Shown here: positions 49,732 through 60,257 of the stretch, in pieces
Numbering within the stretch: the first letter of the stretch is position 1
Layout of the letters: each line of letters starts with the position of its first letter
Assembly (NCBI GenBank): GCA_016844925.1
Contig: JAERTI010000035.1
Location: 4,949 to 68,948, forward strand
Source of the DNA: Candidatus Uhrbacteria bacterium
Lineage (GTDB): Bacteria > Patescibacteriota > Patescibacteriia > UBA9934 > GWF2-40-263
Reading direction: 5' to 3'
Length of the DNA stretch: 64,000 nt
Translations under genes and position numbers: made by a program
Notes under the pieces: model-generated
The model's database searches: none
What the model was told of the DNA's origin: nothing
The model's input: only the letters and a program-made list of their open reading frames with translations

Positions 49732-50628
49732 ATGTACGAGAAAAAAATCATCACTCCTCACACAGGACATCGTCTACCGCTGCACTTAGGTGGCATGGGA
49801 GTCCTGGCGATCAATAAGATTCGTTACGCCGTCCGTGGTTACCGCGAACCTCGGCCATTCTCACCCACTGAGGCAAACAAGGCCATCGACTACGACCGAC
49901 GTGTCGTAGATAACTGGTTAGACGCCTATCAGGAATACACAGGAAAGACCGTCGAGGGAGCATCTGTTCTGGAGCTGGGACCCGGCGCTGATCTAGGTCC
50001 TGCCTGTTTTTTATTGGATCGTGGTGCTCGTCAGTATACAACGGTTGACGCCAATCGTCTCATCGATCAAACACCTCGAAAATTCTACGAACAACTTCTT
50101 AAAGAGTTACGTAACTCCGACGAGGTAAGACGTGAATTAGAGAAGACTCTTCTTCGCCAGGACGACCGCATCAAGTACATTGTTGACCCGACATTCACAC
50201 TCTCAAAACTCAAACAAGAAACATTTGATCTCATAGTAAGCCAAGCTGCTTTTGAACACTTCTCCGATATTGAACAGACGTTCCGTGAGCTAACCCCGCT
50301 CATGAAGTCTGGTGGTGTTCTAATCGCGGAGGTTGACCTCATGACCCACACAGGCGCCCTGCGCGGAAGAGACCCACTCAACATTTATCGCTACTCGAAT
50401 CTCTTCTACCGACTCATGAACTTCTCTGGGATCCCAAATAGACTCCGTCCAAACGAGTACAAAGCAAGTCTCGAAAGAAACGGTTGGAAGGATGTCGAAA
50501 TCACTCCACTCCAAACCTTGCCAGAGACCTACACCAACAACATTTCATCCCAACTTGCAAAACCATTTCGATCAGATCTTGCTGACATGCATGTGCTCAC
50601 GTTTTTGCTACGTGCCACAAAGGCCTAA
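49732..50628 (+). CDS. Class I SAM-dependent methyltransferase
   Basis: VLELGPG, FDLIVSQAAFEH, MKSGG. Confidence 0.85.
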   Translation: MYEKKIITPHTGHRLPLHLGGMGVLAINKIRYAVRGYREPRPFSPTEANKAIDYDRRVVDNWLDAYQEYTGKTVEGASVLELGPGADLGPACFLLDRGARQYTTVDANRLIDQTPRKFYEQLLKELRNSDEVRRELEKTLLRQDDRIKYIVDPTFTLSKLKQETFDLIVSQAAFEHFSDIEQTFRELTPLMKSGGVLIAEVDLMTHTGALRGRDPLNIYRYSNLFYRLMNFSGIPNRLRPNEYKASLERNGWKDVEITPLQTLPETYTNNISSQLAKPFRSDLADMHVLTFLLRATKA

Positions 50629-50629
50629 T

Positions 50630-52666
50630 ATGCACCGATTGTTTTTTCGGTTAACTTTCATTTTCGTTCTAACCCTACTTACCACAGGACCTTCTTTTAG
50701 TGCGCACGCACAAGCCGCCAGCGGCGACTATATCCGTACGGCAAGTATCTATCTTGAAGGTGGCCCTGTGCTTGATGCACAACTCACGACACTGGCAAGC
50801 TTTGATTTGATTGTTATCCCAGTTGAAGCCCAGCTGTGGAACAAGTCGTTTTTTCCTGACATCCGCGCGTTGAATCCTGACATCATCATCCTTCCCTACA
50901 TCGCTACCGTAAGCTGGAATGACCTCTACTGGGTCGATGAACTACACCAAGAAATGTATACGCACATTCAGTCAGATTGGTGGCTCACGGACGCTGACGG
51001 AAATCAATTATCTGTTTGGCCAAATACTCGAGCGCTCAATCTAAACACCGAGTGGGTTGATTACCTGGCTCTGCATGTCAAAAATGATGTTCTGTCCTCA
51101 GGACTTTGGGACGGCGTCTTTTACGATGAAGTTCAGGACTCTATCAGCTGGCTTGGTTCAACAGACGTTGATAAGAACGGTCTAATGGATACTTCGTCAG
51201 AAGCTGACCGGCTCTGGGAGGAGAACTATGAACGTCTTTTTGAACTTACAAGAAATCTTGTTGGTGACGACCACATCATCATTACAAACGGAAGCTCCAA
51301 CGCTGACTTCTTTCCTTTTGTAAACGGACGCATGTTCGAGACATTCCCTTCCTCACACAACACGCTCGCGCATTGGGAAAACATGACCAATGAATACCTG
51401 ACCGTTGAGCAAGGTGTAGATTACACCCCCATCAACATGATCAACGTTAATACGGATAACACTGGTGGTGCTGGAACGAAGGACGATTACCAATCCGTTA
51501 GGTTTGGCCTAACAACAACCCTGCTTGGCGATGGGTACTTCTCGTATGATGAAAGTACTTATAATCATGCTTCACTTTGGACCTACGATGAGTTTGACGC
51601 GTACCTTGGCCCCCCTAAGAGCACCTTGCAGAGCGCTCTCAACCCTCAAAATTCCGGCATTTCTCAAGACGTGCTTTTCCGAGAATTTGAACAAGGCCAA
51701 GTAATCGTCAACGCGACAAATGAGGAGCAAACCATCAAACTTGATGGAGAATTTGAAAAACTACATGGGACCCAAGACCCTGAAGTAAATGATGGTCGCA
51801 TTGTTTACGACGTTACGTTAGCTGCACAGGATGGAATCATTCTCTTGCGACCGATCGAGGAAATTATCGGTGCCACATATACAAACGGAGCATTCGCACG
51901 GATCTTCTCACCTGATGGCGAAACAAAGCGAACAGGATTCTTTGCCTACGAAAGTACTCATAAGGGTGGTAATCAAATCATTGCATTCGATATCGATGGA
52001 GATGGCGACAACGAAACTGTTGTGGCCGATAATACGCACGTCTACATCTTTGATGCCGATGGCGAGCTCCATGCTCAATTTGCCCCCTACACCGAAACCT
52101 ACGATCAAGGTATCAACATCTCTGTTGGAGATATTGAAGATGATGGTTCCATTGAAATTGTCACAGGAACCGAAAATGGTGGCGGACCACATGTCCGAGT
52201 TTTCAACACGGACGGCAAACTCATTAATCCCGGATTCTTTGCCTATGCTGACAGTTTCCGTGGTGGAGTAAACGTCTCTATTGGTGATCTAAATGGAGAC
52301 GGTATTAAGGAAATCATTTGTGGCGCAGGATACAATGGCGGACCCCACGTACGTGTTTTCCGAAAGGACGGCACCCTTATCAATCCAGGATTCTTTGCTT
52401 ACGATGAATCCTTCCGTGGAGGTGTGAACGTGTCGGTTGGAGACATCGACGGTGACCAGATCGACGATATTGTGACCGGCCCAGGTTATGGAGGCTCCCC
52501 TCTTGCACGAGTCTATGACCGCGATGGAAATCTTAAATCTGAATTCTACGTCTTCGACACATCTCAAACAGATGGACTCGAAGTAGTCGCCGCTGATCTT
52601 GATGGCGATGGTGTTGATGAAATTATTGGCTTAACCACAGACGTCTTTACCCTCAGTCTCTTTTAG
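50630..52666 (+). CDS. Secreted putative glycoside hydrolase (GHL15-like TIM barrel) with FG-GAP-like repeats
   Basis: IRALNPDIIILPY, WDGVFYD, NGRMFE, REFEQG..VN; GDxDGDG repeats. Confidence 0.72.
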   Translation: MHRLFFRLTFIFVLTLLTTGPSFSAHAQAASGDYIRTASIYLEGGPVLDAQLTTLASFDLIVIPVEAQLWNKSFFPDIRALNPDIIILPYIATVSWNDLYWVDELHQEMYTHIQSDWWLTDADGNQLSVWPNTRALNLNTEWVDYLALHVKNDVLSSGLWDGVFYDEVQDSISWLGSTDVDKNGLMDTSSEADRLWEENYERLFELTRNLVGDDHIIITNGSSNADFFPFVNGRMFETFPSSHNTLAHWENMTNEYLTVEQGVDYTPINMINVNTDNTGGAGTKDDYQSVRFGLTTTLLGDGYFSYDESTYNHASLWTYDEFDAYLGPPKSTLQSALNPQNSGISQDVLFREFEQGQVIVNATNEEQTIKLDGEFEKLHGTQDPEVNDGRIVYDVTLAAQDGIILLRPIEEIIGATYTNGAFARIFSPDGETKRTGFFAYESTHKGGNQIIAFDIDGDGDNETVVADNTHVYIFDADGELHAQFAPYTETYDQGINISVGDIEDDGSIEIVTGTENGGGPHVRVFNTDGKLINPGFFAYADSFRGGVNVSIGDLNGDGIKEIICGAGYNGGPHVRVFRKDGTLINPGFFAYDESFRGGVNVSVGDIDGDQIDDIVTGPGYGGSPLARVYDRDGNLKSEFYVFDTSQTDGLEVVAADLDGDGVDEIIGLTTDVFTLSLF

Positions 52667-52681
52667 CGCTACGATGAACCT

Positions 52682-54511
52682 ATGTCTCTCAAAGAAGAAA
52701 TAAAACAAGGTGTCGCCTGCGACAGTGTTGGAACACCAGACTCCATCCTTGGACGAACAGTTTGCCTGTCTGTTCACCCAGGCAAGATGCTTCTCTTTCC
52801 CTTTATTAAGTGGTTCGATAAGCGCTACAAGGGTCGTTACAAATTTGCGCGAGTCATGTTTTCTTTTGACCTTCTTCTTTTGGGAATCCTGATGGGCCTC
52901 CTTGTAGCACTCACATTCTCCTGGATAAACGCCCCAACCCCATTTGAAGACGATATCGTATTCGATGCAACGGTTGCCCCTCGTGAGATCATCGCTGGTG
53001 CCCCCTCAACACTTGTCATTCGCTATACCAACAATACGGAAGAGGAGCTGCGTAATGCCCGTCTTCTCATTGGTTTTCCAGATCACTTTCTCTTGCAAGA
53101 ACTTTCCCTTGAGGGCGAAGAAGCGTCGGATGATGCTATCGAGCTTGGTTCGATTCCTATTGGAGGCACTGGCTCCGTACGCGTTCGTGGTGTGATGTTT
53201 GGTGACGTAGGTGGCGAGCAAACGTTCACGAGCTCCCTCCAATTCGTTTACGGAACAGATGAAGATGTCCCCGGACAAAAAACAGACCTCCATACATTCT
53301 CTCCAGTTGCCTCCACTTTGGCGCTAAGTCTCAGTTTGCCAGACCGCCTCGTAGCGTTTCAGGATGTTGAGGGCGTGATCACCTATCACAACACAGGTGA
53401 AATTGACGTTCCGATTGTATCGATTGAACCAGAGTGGCCCGAAGGGTTCTCCTTCTCTTCTAGTGATGTTGCCCTAACAGCAGAAGCGTTTGAAGTCCCA
53501 GCCATTGAAGCTGGTGAGCAAGGGCAGATGACGTTCCGTGGGTACCTTGGTGACGTAGGTGATGAAGTAACCTTTATTTTCCACCCATCATTTACGTTTG
53601 AAACAACTCGCTACAAACAAGAGACTCTTGTACACACCGCACCCGTTGTTCCACCACAAGTAAATGTGGAGCACAGTGTTACAAAGAGTTCTGTACGCCC
53701 TGGTGCAACAGCAACGTTTACCTTGCAATATCAAAATACAGGAGAATTTACTGTTTCAGACATCGTGCTCGGTATCGAATCTGAAAGCCCGTTCTTCTCA
53801 AGTCCCGTATGGGAAAGTGAGTCCATCCCTTCTCTTGAACCTGGTGAGAGCGGTGAGTTGGAACTACACATTCCTCTTCAATCATCCATTGCACAAAGTG
53901 AAACAAGTATCTACGAGGCCCTCGATCTTGAGACTCGAGCCATAGCAAGCTACATCCTCGGCGACGGAACAGGACAGCGAGTAAGCGCAAAGGGCGGCTC
54001 TCTGAGCACTCCTATCACCTCCCCTGTCGTTCTTGAGTCATTTGGACGCTATGCTACAGCCAGCGGAGACCAACTGGGCCGAGGCCCTCTCCCACCGCGC
54101 ACCGGAATTGAAACAAAGTACTGGGTATTCTGGCATGTGGATGGAACAATTAATGAGCTCACGAATCTCTCTATTGAAGGTACCCTTGGTGAAGGGGTTG
54201 AATTTACAGGGCGACAAACATCGTCACAAAACAGCGGTGTTGACTACGACCCAAGCTCCAAATCCATCTCTTGGAGCACGAACAGCCTTTCCCCAACCCT
54301 CTCACCAAGCAGTAAAATTGTCGGTATTGCCTTTGAGCTCGGCCTAACCCCGACAGATGCCATGCTTGGTTCCTCACCTACACTTCTTTCAAATATCACC
54401 CTCACGGGCGTAGATGTGCGCACAGGTGCCATCGTCTCCACGAGCGGATCTCGAGTTACAACATATCTGCCAAACGACCTCATGGCAGCTGGGAAATCTA
54501 TCGTGGAATAG
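52682..54511 (+). CDS. Membrane-anchored protein with Ig-like (DUF11-like) domains
   Basis: TM helix; YTN/YHNTG/YQNTG repeats; GPLPP..TKYWVFW. Confidence 0.72.
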   Translation: MSLKEEIKQGVACDSVGTPDSILGRTVCLSVHPGKMLLFPFIKWFDKRYKGRYKFARVMFSFDLLLLGILMGLLVALTFSWINAPTPFEDDIVFDATVAPREIIAGAPSTLVIRYTNNTEEELRNARLLIGFPDHFLLQELSLEGEEASDDAIELGSIPIGGTGSVRVRGVMFGDVGGEQTFTSSLQFVYGTDEDVPGQKTDLHTFSPVASTLALSLSLPDRLVAFQDVEGVITYHNTGEIDVPIVSIEPEWPEGFSFSSSDVALTAEAFEVPAIEAGEQGQMTFRGYLGDVGDEVTFIFHPSFTFETTRYKQETLVHTAPVVPPQVNVEHSVTKSSVRPGATATFTLQYQNTGEFTVSDIVLGIESESPFFSSPVWESESIPSLEPGESGELELHIPLQSSIAQSETSIYEALDLETRAIASYILGDGTGQRVSAKGGSLSTPITSPVVLESFGRYATASGDQLGRGPLPPRTGIETKYWVFWHVDGTINELTNLSIEGTLGEGVEFTGRQTSSQNSGVDYDPSSKSISWSTNSLSPTLSPSSKIVGIAFELGLTPTDAMLGSSPTLLSNITLTGVDVRTGAIVSTSGSRVTTYLPNDLMAAGKSIVE

Positions 54512-54543
54512 CCTGAAAAATGGGTGGTTTTGGGGCCTTAGGG

Positions 54544-54572
54544 TTGACAAAACGCCTATTTTTTGGTAGTAT
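54544..54572 (+). promoter_or_regulatory. sigma70 promoter
   Basis: TTGACA-17-TAGTAT, 11 nt before the ATG at 54584. Confidence 0.75.
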
Positions 54573-54583
54573 TCAGCGTCAAT

Positions 54584-55741
54584 ATGAAAATTGCAATGAT
54601 TGGGCAAAAAGGAATTCCCGCCCGGTCTGGGGGCATTGAACGACATGTGGAGGAGCTCTCAGCCGAGTTGGCTGCACGCGGACATGAAGTCCTCGTGTTT
54701 TGCCGTTCCTGGTATGTCTGGCCTGTACGTGATCACCGCGGCGTTCGCTGCATAAAGTCACGTTCAATCCCAACAAAACACCTAGACGCCATTACAGCTA
54801 CCTTTACATCCGTTTTGGCTGCTGTACGTGAAAAGGTAGATATCTTCCATTTTCATGGAGTAGGACCTGCTCTCTTGAGTTGGCTACCAAAGCTCCTGCG
54901 TCCAAATGCAAAGGTTGTCGTAACATTCCATTGCATCGACCGTCACCACAAAAAGTGGAACTGGATCGCTCGTACCATGCTCTATATTGGAGAGCGATTC
55001 GCTGTTACCACGCCTGATGCAACCATCGCTGTATCCAAAACACTTGAAACCTACATCCGTCTCTCCTACGGAGCAGACGCCAAGTACATCCCAAACGGTA
55101 CCCAGGTACCAATGACGGATTCAGAACCATCACTCCTCAAGCCATTTGATCTTGAGCCAGGTAAGTACCTCATGATGTGTGCGCGTCTCGTGCGCCATAA
55201 GGGTGCTCACGTACTGATCAAGGCGTTTCAGCAGCTCAAGCAAAAGAATCCAACGCTTGCACGTGACATGAAGCTTGCCATCGTTGGTGGCAGTGCGTTT
55301 ACGGACGATTACGTACATGAGCTCAGAGAGCTCGCTAAGGACGATCCGTCCATTGTACTGACAGGTAATCAGACAGGTAAGACACTTCACTCCTTGTTCG
55401 CAAACTCCTATGCAGCTGTGCACCCTTCAGAATCTGAAGGATTGCCAATCGCTGTCCTGGAAGCTATGAGCTACGGAAAGTGTGTGCTCTCCTCGGACAT
55501 TCCTGAAAATATGGAGCTTACCGAAGATTACGGTCTGACGTTTGAAACAAACAACGTCGAGGACCTGGTCAAAAAGCTTACGCATCTCCTTGAGGAACCG
55601 GATCATGTTGAGAAGATTGGAAAGGAAGCACGTGTCCACATTGCTAAGAACTACGACTGGAAGGACATTGCCGAGACCACGGAATACTTGTACGAGCTCG
55701 TACAGCTCGAACCCGTACTCATGAGTCATCAAGTGAATTAA
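54584..55741 (+). CDS. Glycosyltransferase family 4
   Basis: MKIAMIGQKGIPARSGGIE, RLVRHKG, EGLPIAVLEAM. Confidence 0.93.
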   Translation: MKIAMIGQKGIPARSGGIERHVEELSAELAARGHEVLVFCRSWYVWPVRDHRGVRCIKSRSIPTKHLDAITATFTSVLAAVREKVDIFHFHGVGPALLSWLPKLLRPNAKVVVTFHCIDRHHKKWNWIARTMLYIGERFAVTTPDATIAVSKTLETYIRLSYGADAKYIPNGTQVPMTDSEPSLLKPFDLEPGKYLMMCARLVRHKGAHVLIKAFQQLKQKNPTLARDMKLAIVGGSAFTDDYVHELRELAKDDPSIVLTGNQTGKTLHSLFANSYAAVHPSESEGLPIAVLEAMSYGKCVLSSDIPENMELTEDYGLTFETNNVEDLVKKLTHLLEEPDHVEKIGKEARVHIAKNYDWKDIAETTEYLYELVQLEPVLMSHQVN

Positions 55742-55743
55742 AC

Positions 55744-55776
55744 AAACACCCCGCCAACGCGGGGTGTTTTGTTTTT
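55744..55776. terminator. Bidirectional terminator
   Basis: aaacaccccgc-caac-gcggggtgttt between convergent genes. Confidence 0.8.
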
Positions 55777-55797
55777 GATAACTGCCAAATCTTTAAT

Positions 55798-56055
55798 CTA
55801 TCTTTTCTCGTCACGCTCGAAGATATTCTTAGGTTCGAAATACTCAAGCGTCCCACTCTTTTCCTTAAAATCGACTTTTGTATATCCAGGAGTTCCGTAA
55901 CCAGGCACCACACCGAACGAGGGTTTAAAAACAACTCCCGCAGCGTTTCCGGCAAGAATGTAAGCAAGCAAACCAGAAGCGGCCACGATACCTACAAACA
56001 ACATGATGTCGACAGCTGTTTCCGTTGAAACAGCTGTTTGAATTGAAGTCTTCAT
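55798..56055 (-). CDS. Small single-TM hypothetical protein
   Basis: 85-aa ORF starting 3 nt after the upstream stop. Confidence 0.55.
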   Translation of the reverse strand: MKTSIQTAVSTETAVDIMLFVGIVAASGLLAYILAGNAAGVVFKPSFGVVPGYGTPGYTKVDFKEKSGTLEYFEPKNIFERDEKR

Positions 56056-56058
56056 AAG

Positions 56059-58125
56059 CTATTGATATTCATAGATTACCACCCTGGTTCCTTGAACGCC
56101 ATAGGAAGCTTGCGCAAAACTTGCGGCCTGTGCACGTATCCTCCCCGCCTCTGGCCAATTATCATAGGTAAAGAAATACAACGTCTCAACCTGCGTTACG
56201 CGCAACACCTCGTCAACTAATTCTTGGTCTGGCCCGCTCGTCGACATATATTGAAACTGTTCATAGAGCCACCCTCCGGTGGGCAGTGGGTACCAGAGCA
56301 TTTCTCCCTGATCCCCTGATACCGTTCGCAAGAATCCAAATTCTTGAAGCGCTGCAGCACTCGTCATTTGATGTGCCAAAGCCACATAGGAGACATCCTC
56401 ACTCTTCCCCTCAATGAACCGCACTGCCTCCACGTCCACCTCACCTACACTTGCCCCCACACCAGTCGTTTTCTCATTTACCTGAGGATAGGACATGTAA
56501 AAGCTCATCGTAATTATCATCAACAAAGGGATAGCAAGATACTGTGCCCACCGAAGAGACAAGGTCTTGTTAAAGCGCTTTAACACAAGGACCAAAAACG
56601 CCAGTAGGAACACAAAGAAAAATAACTGCCTCAACCGAATGGCGTATTCAAGTTGTTCATACGCAATAACTCCGTCGAACCGAAAAAACTGCGCAAGGAG
56701 CAACATGGAACAACCAAGACCGACACCGACACACAGCAGCAATCGCTCTGACGCCTGCTTGACTCCCCCCTTATAAAACGAAAGGGTCAGCAAGACCACC
56801 ATGATCGGCATCCAACGAATCCATGCATACGCATACTCAAGCACCTGAGGTGCTGTGCCTCGTGTCTGAGCGTATGGATCACCAAACAGCTCCAAAAGCG
56901 TGACCCAGAATGACTGACCAAGAACAAGTTTCGTTCCACCTCCTAGTAGCCCATGCAGAAAAAACATGGAGGGTATCAGCAGAGTGACAACACTTACCGC
57001 CATGAATGTAGATACTAGAGATGAGTCTCGTCGCCCTTGCAGAAAAAACTTTGCTGTAAGTAGGGCCACGGCCGCAGCGCCACCAATGGGATGAAAAAGG
57101 AATGCTGTGAGAGAGAGAAGCCAAAGAAAGAGATTATGACTTTTTCCACCCCTCACACCAACTAACAATGTCACAACAATAAATAAAAGCGTCGAAACAT
57201 TAAACGGAACGGTAAAAATAAAGACACTAAATGGAATCCCCAGCAGGGCAAATAAGGCCAACACAGCTGAACGGTGGTTCAATGCGAATCCATGTCGCAA
57301 ACCAAGATACCCCACAGAAGGGATGGCGAACGTTGCCACAAAAGGAACAAACCATCGATCAATAAATAAAACAGGAATGCCCGTTAGCAAATTTAACCCA
57401 GCGATAAGAGCATACTGCCCTAGGTACAAAATTTGTCGTGGCTCAATGAATCCATTGTGAACCAGGGCTGTTTCAGCTGCACGATGGATAAAGGGGTCAA
57501 AGCCAAATCCGAACCCATAGACGATGGCAGCTACAGAAAACGATACGCCGAAAAATGCAAAAACACTCAACCAAGACCAGAAGGAAGACTCCTTTAATAC
57601 AAACCAAAGGCTCACCAAACCCGCCAATCCGTAAACAGCAAAAAATGACGCTGGTAGCATCTGCCAAGGGCTCGACAATGCCTCAAAGGTCTGAGCATGT
57701 CGTAGCGTCGTAAACATCCATGTAAAACAAAACGTTAGGAACGCTATAGACGCGTAGCTCGTCGGCAGTACCACTGAGACTCTGGAAAACGACCATTGAA
57801 ATTGCTTTCTCTCTCCATGCAACTCTATCGCCAGCACTAGCAACAATACTGGCAGCAAACTTGTCCACTGTGTCAAAAAATAAAACCGTGCGAGTAGCAC
57901 CCATGAGATGATGAGGGCGCTACTAACCCCAAACACACCGTAAAGCCATCTAAACGGACGATCCTTCTGAAACCAAAAGCCCACTTCCCAGCCCACAAGT
58001 GAGATCCATCCTAAAAACATCAATGGTCTTATGGATCCAGTAGGATCAAGGAAACTAAAAACAACAAACAACGCTGTTAGCAATAAAACAAGAGCCGTCC
58101 TATTCCCCCTTCGCAACATCTCCAT
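56059..58125 (-). CDS. Large polytopic membrane protein, GT-C-like; paralog of 27345-29477
   Basis: GFGFDPFIH, LYLGQYAL, SAAALQEFGF, YPLPTGG. Confidence 0.7.
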   Translation of the reverse strand: MEMLRRGNRTALVLLLTALFVVFSFLDPTGSIRPLMFLGWISLVGWEVGFWFQKDRPFRWLYGVFGVSSALIISWVLLARFYFLTQWTSLLPVLLLVLAIELHGERKQFQWSFSRVSVVLPTSYASIAFLTFCFTWMFTTLRHAQTFEALSSPWQMLPASFFAVYGLAGLVSLWFVLKESSFWSWLSVFAFFGVSFSVAAIVYGFGFGFDPFIHRAAETALVHNGFIEPRQILYLGQYALIAGLNLLTGIPVLFIDRWFVPFVATFAIPSVGYLGLRHGFALNHRSAVLALFALLGIPFSVFIFTVPFNVSTLLFIVVTLLVGVRGGKSHNLFLWLLSLTAFLFHPIGGAAAVALLTAKFFLQGRRDSSLVSTFMAVSVVTLLIPSMFFLHGLLGGGTKLVLGQSFWVTLLELFGDPYAQTRGTAPQVLEYAYAWIRWMPIMVVLLTLSFYKGGVKQASERLLLCVGVGLGCSMLLLAQFFRFDGVIAYEQLEYAIRLRQLFFFVFLLAFLVLVLKRFNKTLSLRWAQYLAIPLLMIITMSFYMSYPQVNEKTTGVGASVGEVDVEAVRFIEGKSEDVSYVALAHQMTSAAALQEFGFLRTVSGDQGEMLWYPLPTGGWLYEQFQYMSTSGPDQELVDEVLRVTQVETLYFFTYDNWPEAGRIRAQAASFAQASYGVQGTRVVIYEYQ

Positions 58126-59038
58126 AGCTCACCCACTGCTCAACAACCTCTTTGACATCCTTTGCACGAACTTGTTTTTTCTTATGAGCTGACACCATGG
58201 CGCAAGTCTCATCAAGTAAATCAATCGCGCTATCTGGCAACTTCCTCTCTTTAAGATGCTTCTTTGAAAGACTTACCATGGACTTCAACGCCTCCTCTTT
58301 AACAGTGACACCATGAAATGATTCATACACCGACTTAAGTCTATGCAAGATGTCCATCGTCTCAGCCTTATCCGCTTCAGATATCACAACTGGCTGTAAT
58401 CTGCGACTAAAGGCAGCATCTTGATGAAGAACGTGTGTGAAATCGTCGTACGTTGTAGCACCTATGACTTGAATGTGACCACGAGCAAGTGTTGGCTTTA
58501 ATACGTCAGCAATATTCAATGACCCTTGTGCAGCCCCGATTTGAGACACCAAATGAATCTCATCAATAAATAAGATGATGTGATCTTTTTGGTCCATCAG
58601 CTCCTTAATCATCCGCTTCAGCCGTTGCTCCAACTCCCCACGAAACTTCGTCTCTGCCACCAAAGCATTTACGTCCAAAGACAAAATCTCTTTCTCTTGC
58701 AACATGTCTGGCACAGAACCATCAACAATCTTCTGCGCAAGGCCTTCAACGATAGCCGTCTTCCCTACCCCCGATTCTCCAATCAAGAGCGGATTGTTTT
58801 TCGTACGTCTCAACAAGATATGCATCATGCGCTCGAGTTCCTCTGCTCTCCCCACAAGAGGATCTAGCTCATTTTGCCGTGCTAATTCGGTTAAATTTAT
58901 TGTCACTTCATCGAGGTGCCCTGTATAGAGACCTCGTTTTGAGCGCTGATACCTTCTGGCAATCAGTAAGTAACTTAAGAGTGCAATGATACCTATCAGG
59001 TACATCACAAGCGGATCCGAAGTAATCGTTGAAAACAT
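58100..59038 (-). CDS. Membrane-anchored ClpA/ClpB NBD1-only AAA+ ATPase
   Basis: N-terminal TM; LDPLVGR, RRTKNNPLLIGESGVGKT, FIDEIH, GATT, RRLQ, LPDSAIDLLDE. Confidence 0.85.
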   Translation of the reverse strand: MFSTITSDPLVMYLIGIIALLSYLLIARRYQRSKRGLYTGHLDEVTINLTELARQNELDPLVGRAEELERMMHILLRRTKNNPLLIGESGVGKTAIVEGLAQKIVDGSVPDMLQEKEILSLDVNALVAETKFRGELEQRLKRMIKELMDQKDHIILFIDEIHLVSQIGAAQGSLNIADVLKPTLARGHIQVIGATTYDDFTHVLHQDAAFSRRLQPVVISEADKAETMDILHRLKSVYESFHGVTVKEEALKSMVSLSKKHLKERKLPDSAIDLLDETCAMVSAHKKKQVRAKDVKEVVEQWVSYGDVAKGE

Positions 59039-59054
59039 AGGATTACGTTTCTAG

Positions 59055-60257
59055 CTACGTAAGATTTGAATAAAGAGCCATGATTTGTTGAATATGTCGC
59101 TCGTAGGGGTAAGTATCCTCAATGCGTTTCCGTGCCTGTTCTCCGAACTTTCTTGCTTCACCATGGAAGACACGCAAAATAGACTCCACCCAGCCATCGA
59201 GATTAACCGGGTCCACCAAAAAACCTGTCTGACGATCTTGCACAATTTCTCCAACTCCACCCACATCCGATGCTATGACCGGCTTGCCGTAGCTCATCGC
59301 CTCAAGAGCAGCCAGGGGGAAGTTCTCGTGAACGCGTGACGGGAGCAGTACAGCAACCGCTCCTCGATACAATTCTTCTAATTCTTTCCCGGACTTAAAT
59401 CCTAAAAATTCAATATTCGCATGCCCATGGGCCAACTTGTGTAACCAGGCACTTTGCGGGCCGCGGCCAACGATCTTAAACGGAATATCCTCTAACAGCT
59501 TTGCGGCACGGATAATCGTCTCCACTCCCTTCTCTTCGCTGAGCCTGCCAACAAAAAGCACATATCCATCATGGTCATAGCGCGGCTCAATATGTCGCAC
59601 ATTCATTCCATAAGGAATGACTTCAATCTTTTGCTCTGGGAACCCCCCTATGACCAGCTGACGCTTCATGTAGCGCGACGGGCAAATAAACACGTCGACC
59701 GACTTTTTATAAAGTCCGAGAAGTTTGTGTAACTTAAACGCTGCGGTCTGCACCGTACTGGCAAGCCGAGAATCTTTGTGAAACTTGGTGACACACGCTT
59801 TTACCACTCCCACGTTCCGATAATCTTCACCGCAGCCGGTTGCCCAAATATTGTACTGCGGTGAAATAAGGTGATGGTCATGAACGGTCATCACAATGGG
59901 TACCCCCTGCGACTTCAAGACAGGTAAAAAAGAAGGTGAAAGCTGTGTGTAAATATTGTGCAGATGACAGAGGTCCGGTTTCCTCTGACGGATCAATTGC
60001 TTCATCTTTCTTCTTGATTCAAACGAGTACATCATTCGCCCTACGGTTCGAACCCCCTGCCAACCCATGTGTGCTTCACCGGTATGAACTTGTGAAGGAA
60101 AAAATCTGCGATCGGGAGTTTCAAGATTATCTGGATGGTCCATGGCAAAGGGAATGACCTCATGACCCCGTTCTTTCAATCGAGCAGAAAGGTCGAGCAT
60201 GTAACGCTCTGCTCCACCCTTGAGATAAAAATATTTGTTTGCCTGAATCACCTTCAT
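59055..60257 (-). CDS. Glycosyltransferase family 4
   Basis: GGAERY, GRLSEEKG, ENFPLAALEAM. Confidence 0.93.
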   Translation of the reverse strand: MKVIQANKYFYLKGGAERYMLDLSARLKERGHEVIPFAMDHPDNLETPDRRFFPSQVHTGEAHMGWQGVRTVGRMMYSFESRRKMKQLIRQRKPDLCHLHNIYTQLSPSFLPVLKSQGVPIVMTVHDHHLISPQYNIWATGCGEDYRNVGVVKACVTKFHKDSRLASTVQTAAFKLHKLLGLYKKSVDVFICPSRYMKRQLVIGGFPEQKIEVIPYGMNVRHIEPRYDHDGYVLFVGRLSEEKGVETIIRAAKLLEDIPFKIVGRGPQSAWLHKLAHGHANIEFLGFKSGKELEELYRGAVAVLLPSRVHENFPLAALEAMSYGKPVIASDVGGVGEIVQDRQTGFLVDPVNLDGWVESILRVFHGEARKFGEQARKRIEDTYPYERHIQQIMALYSNLT

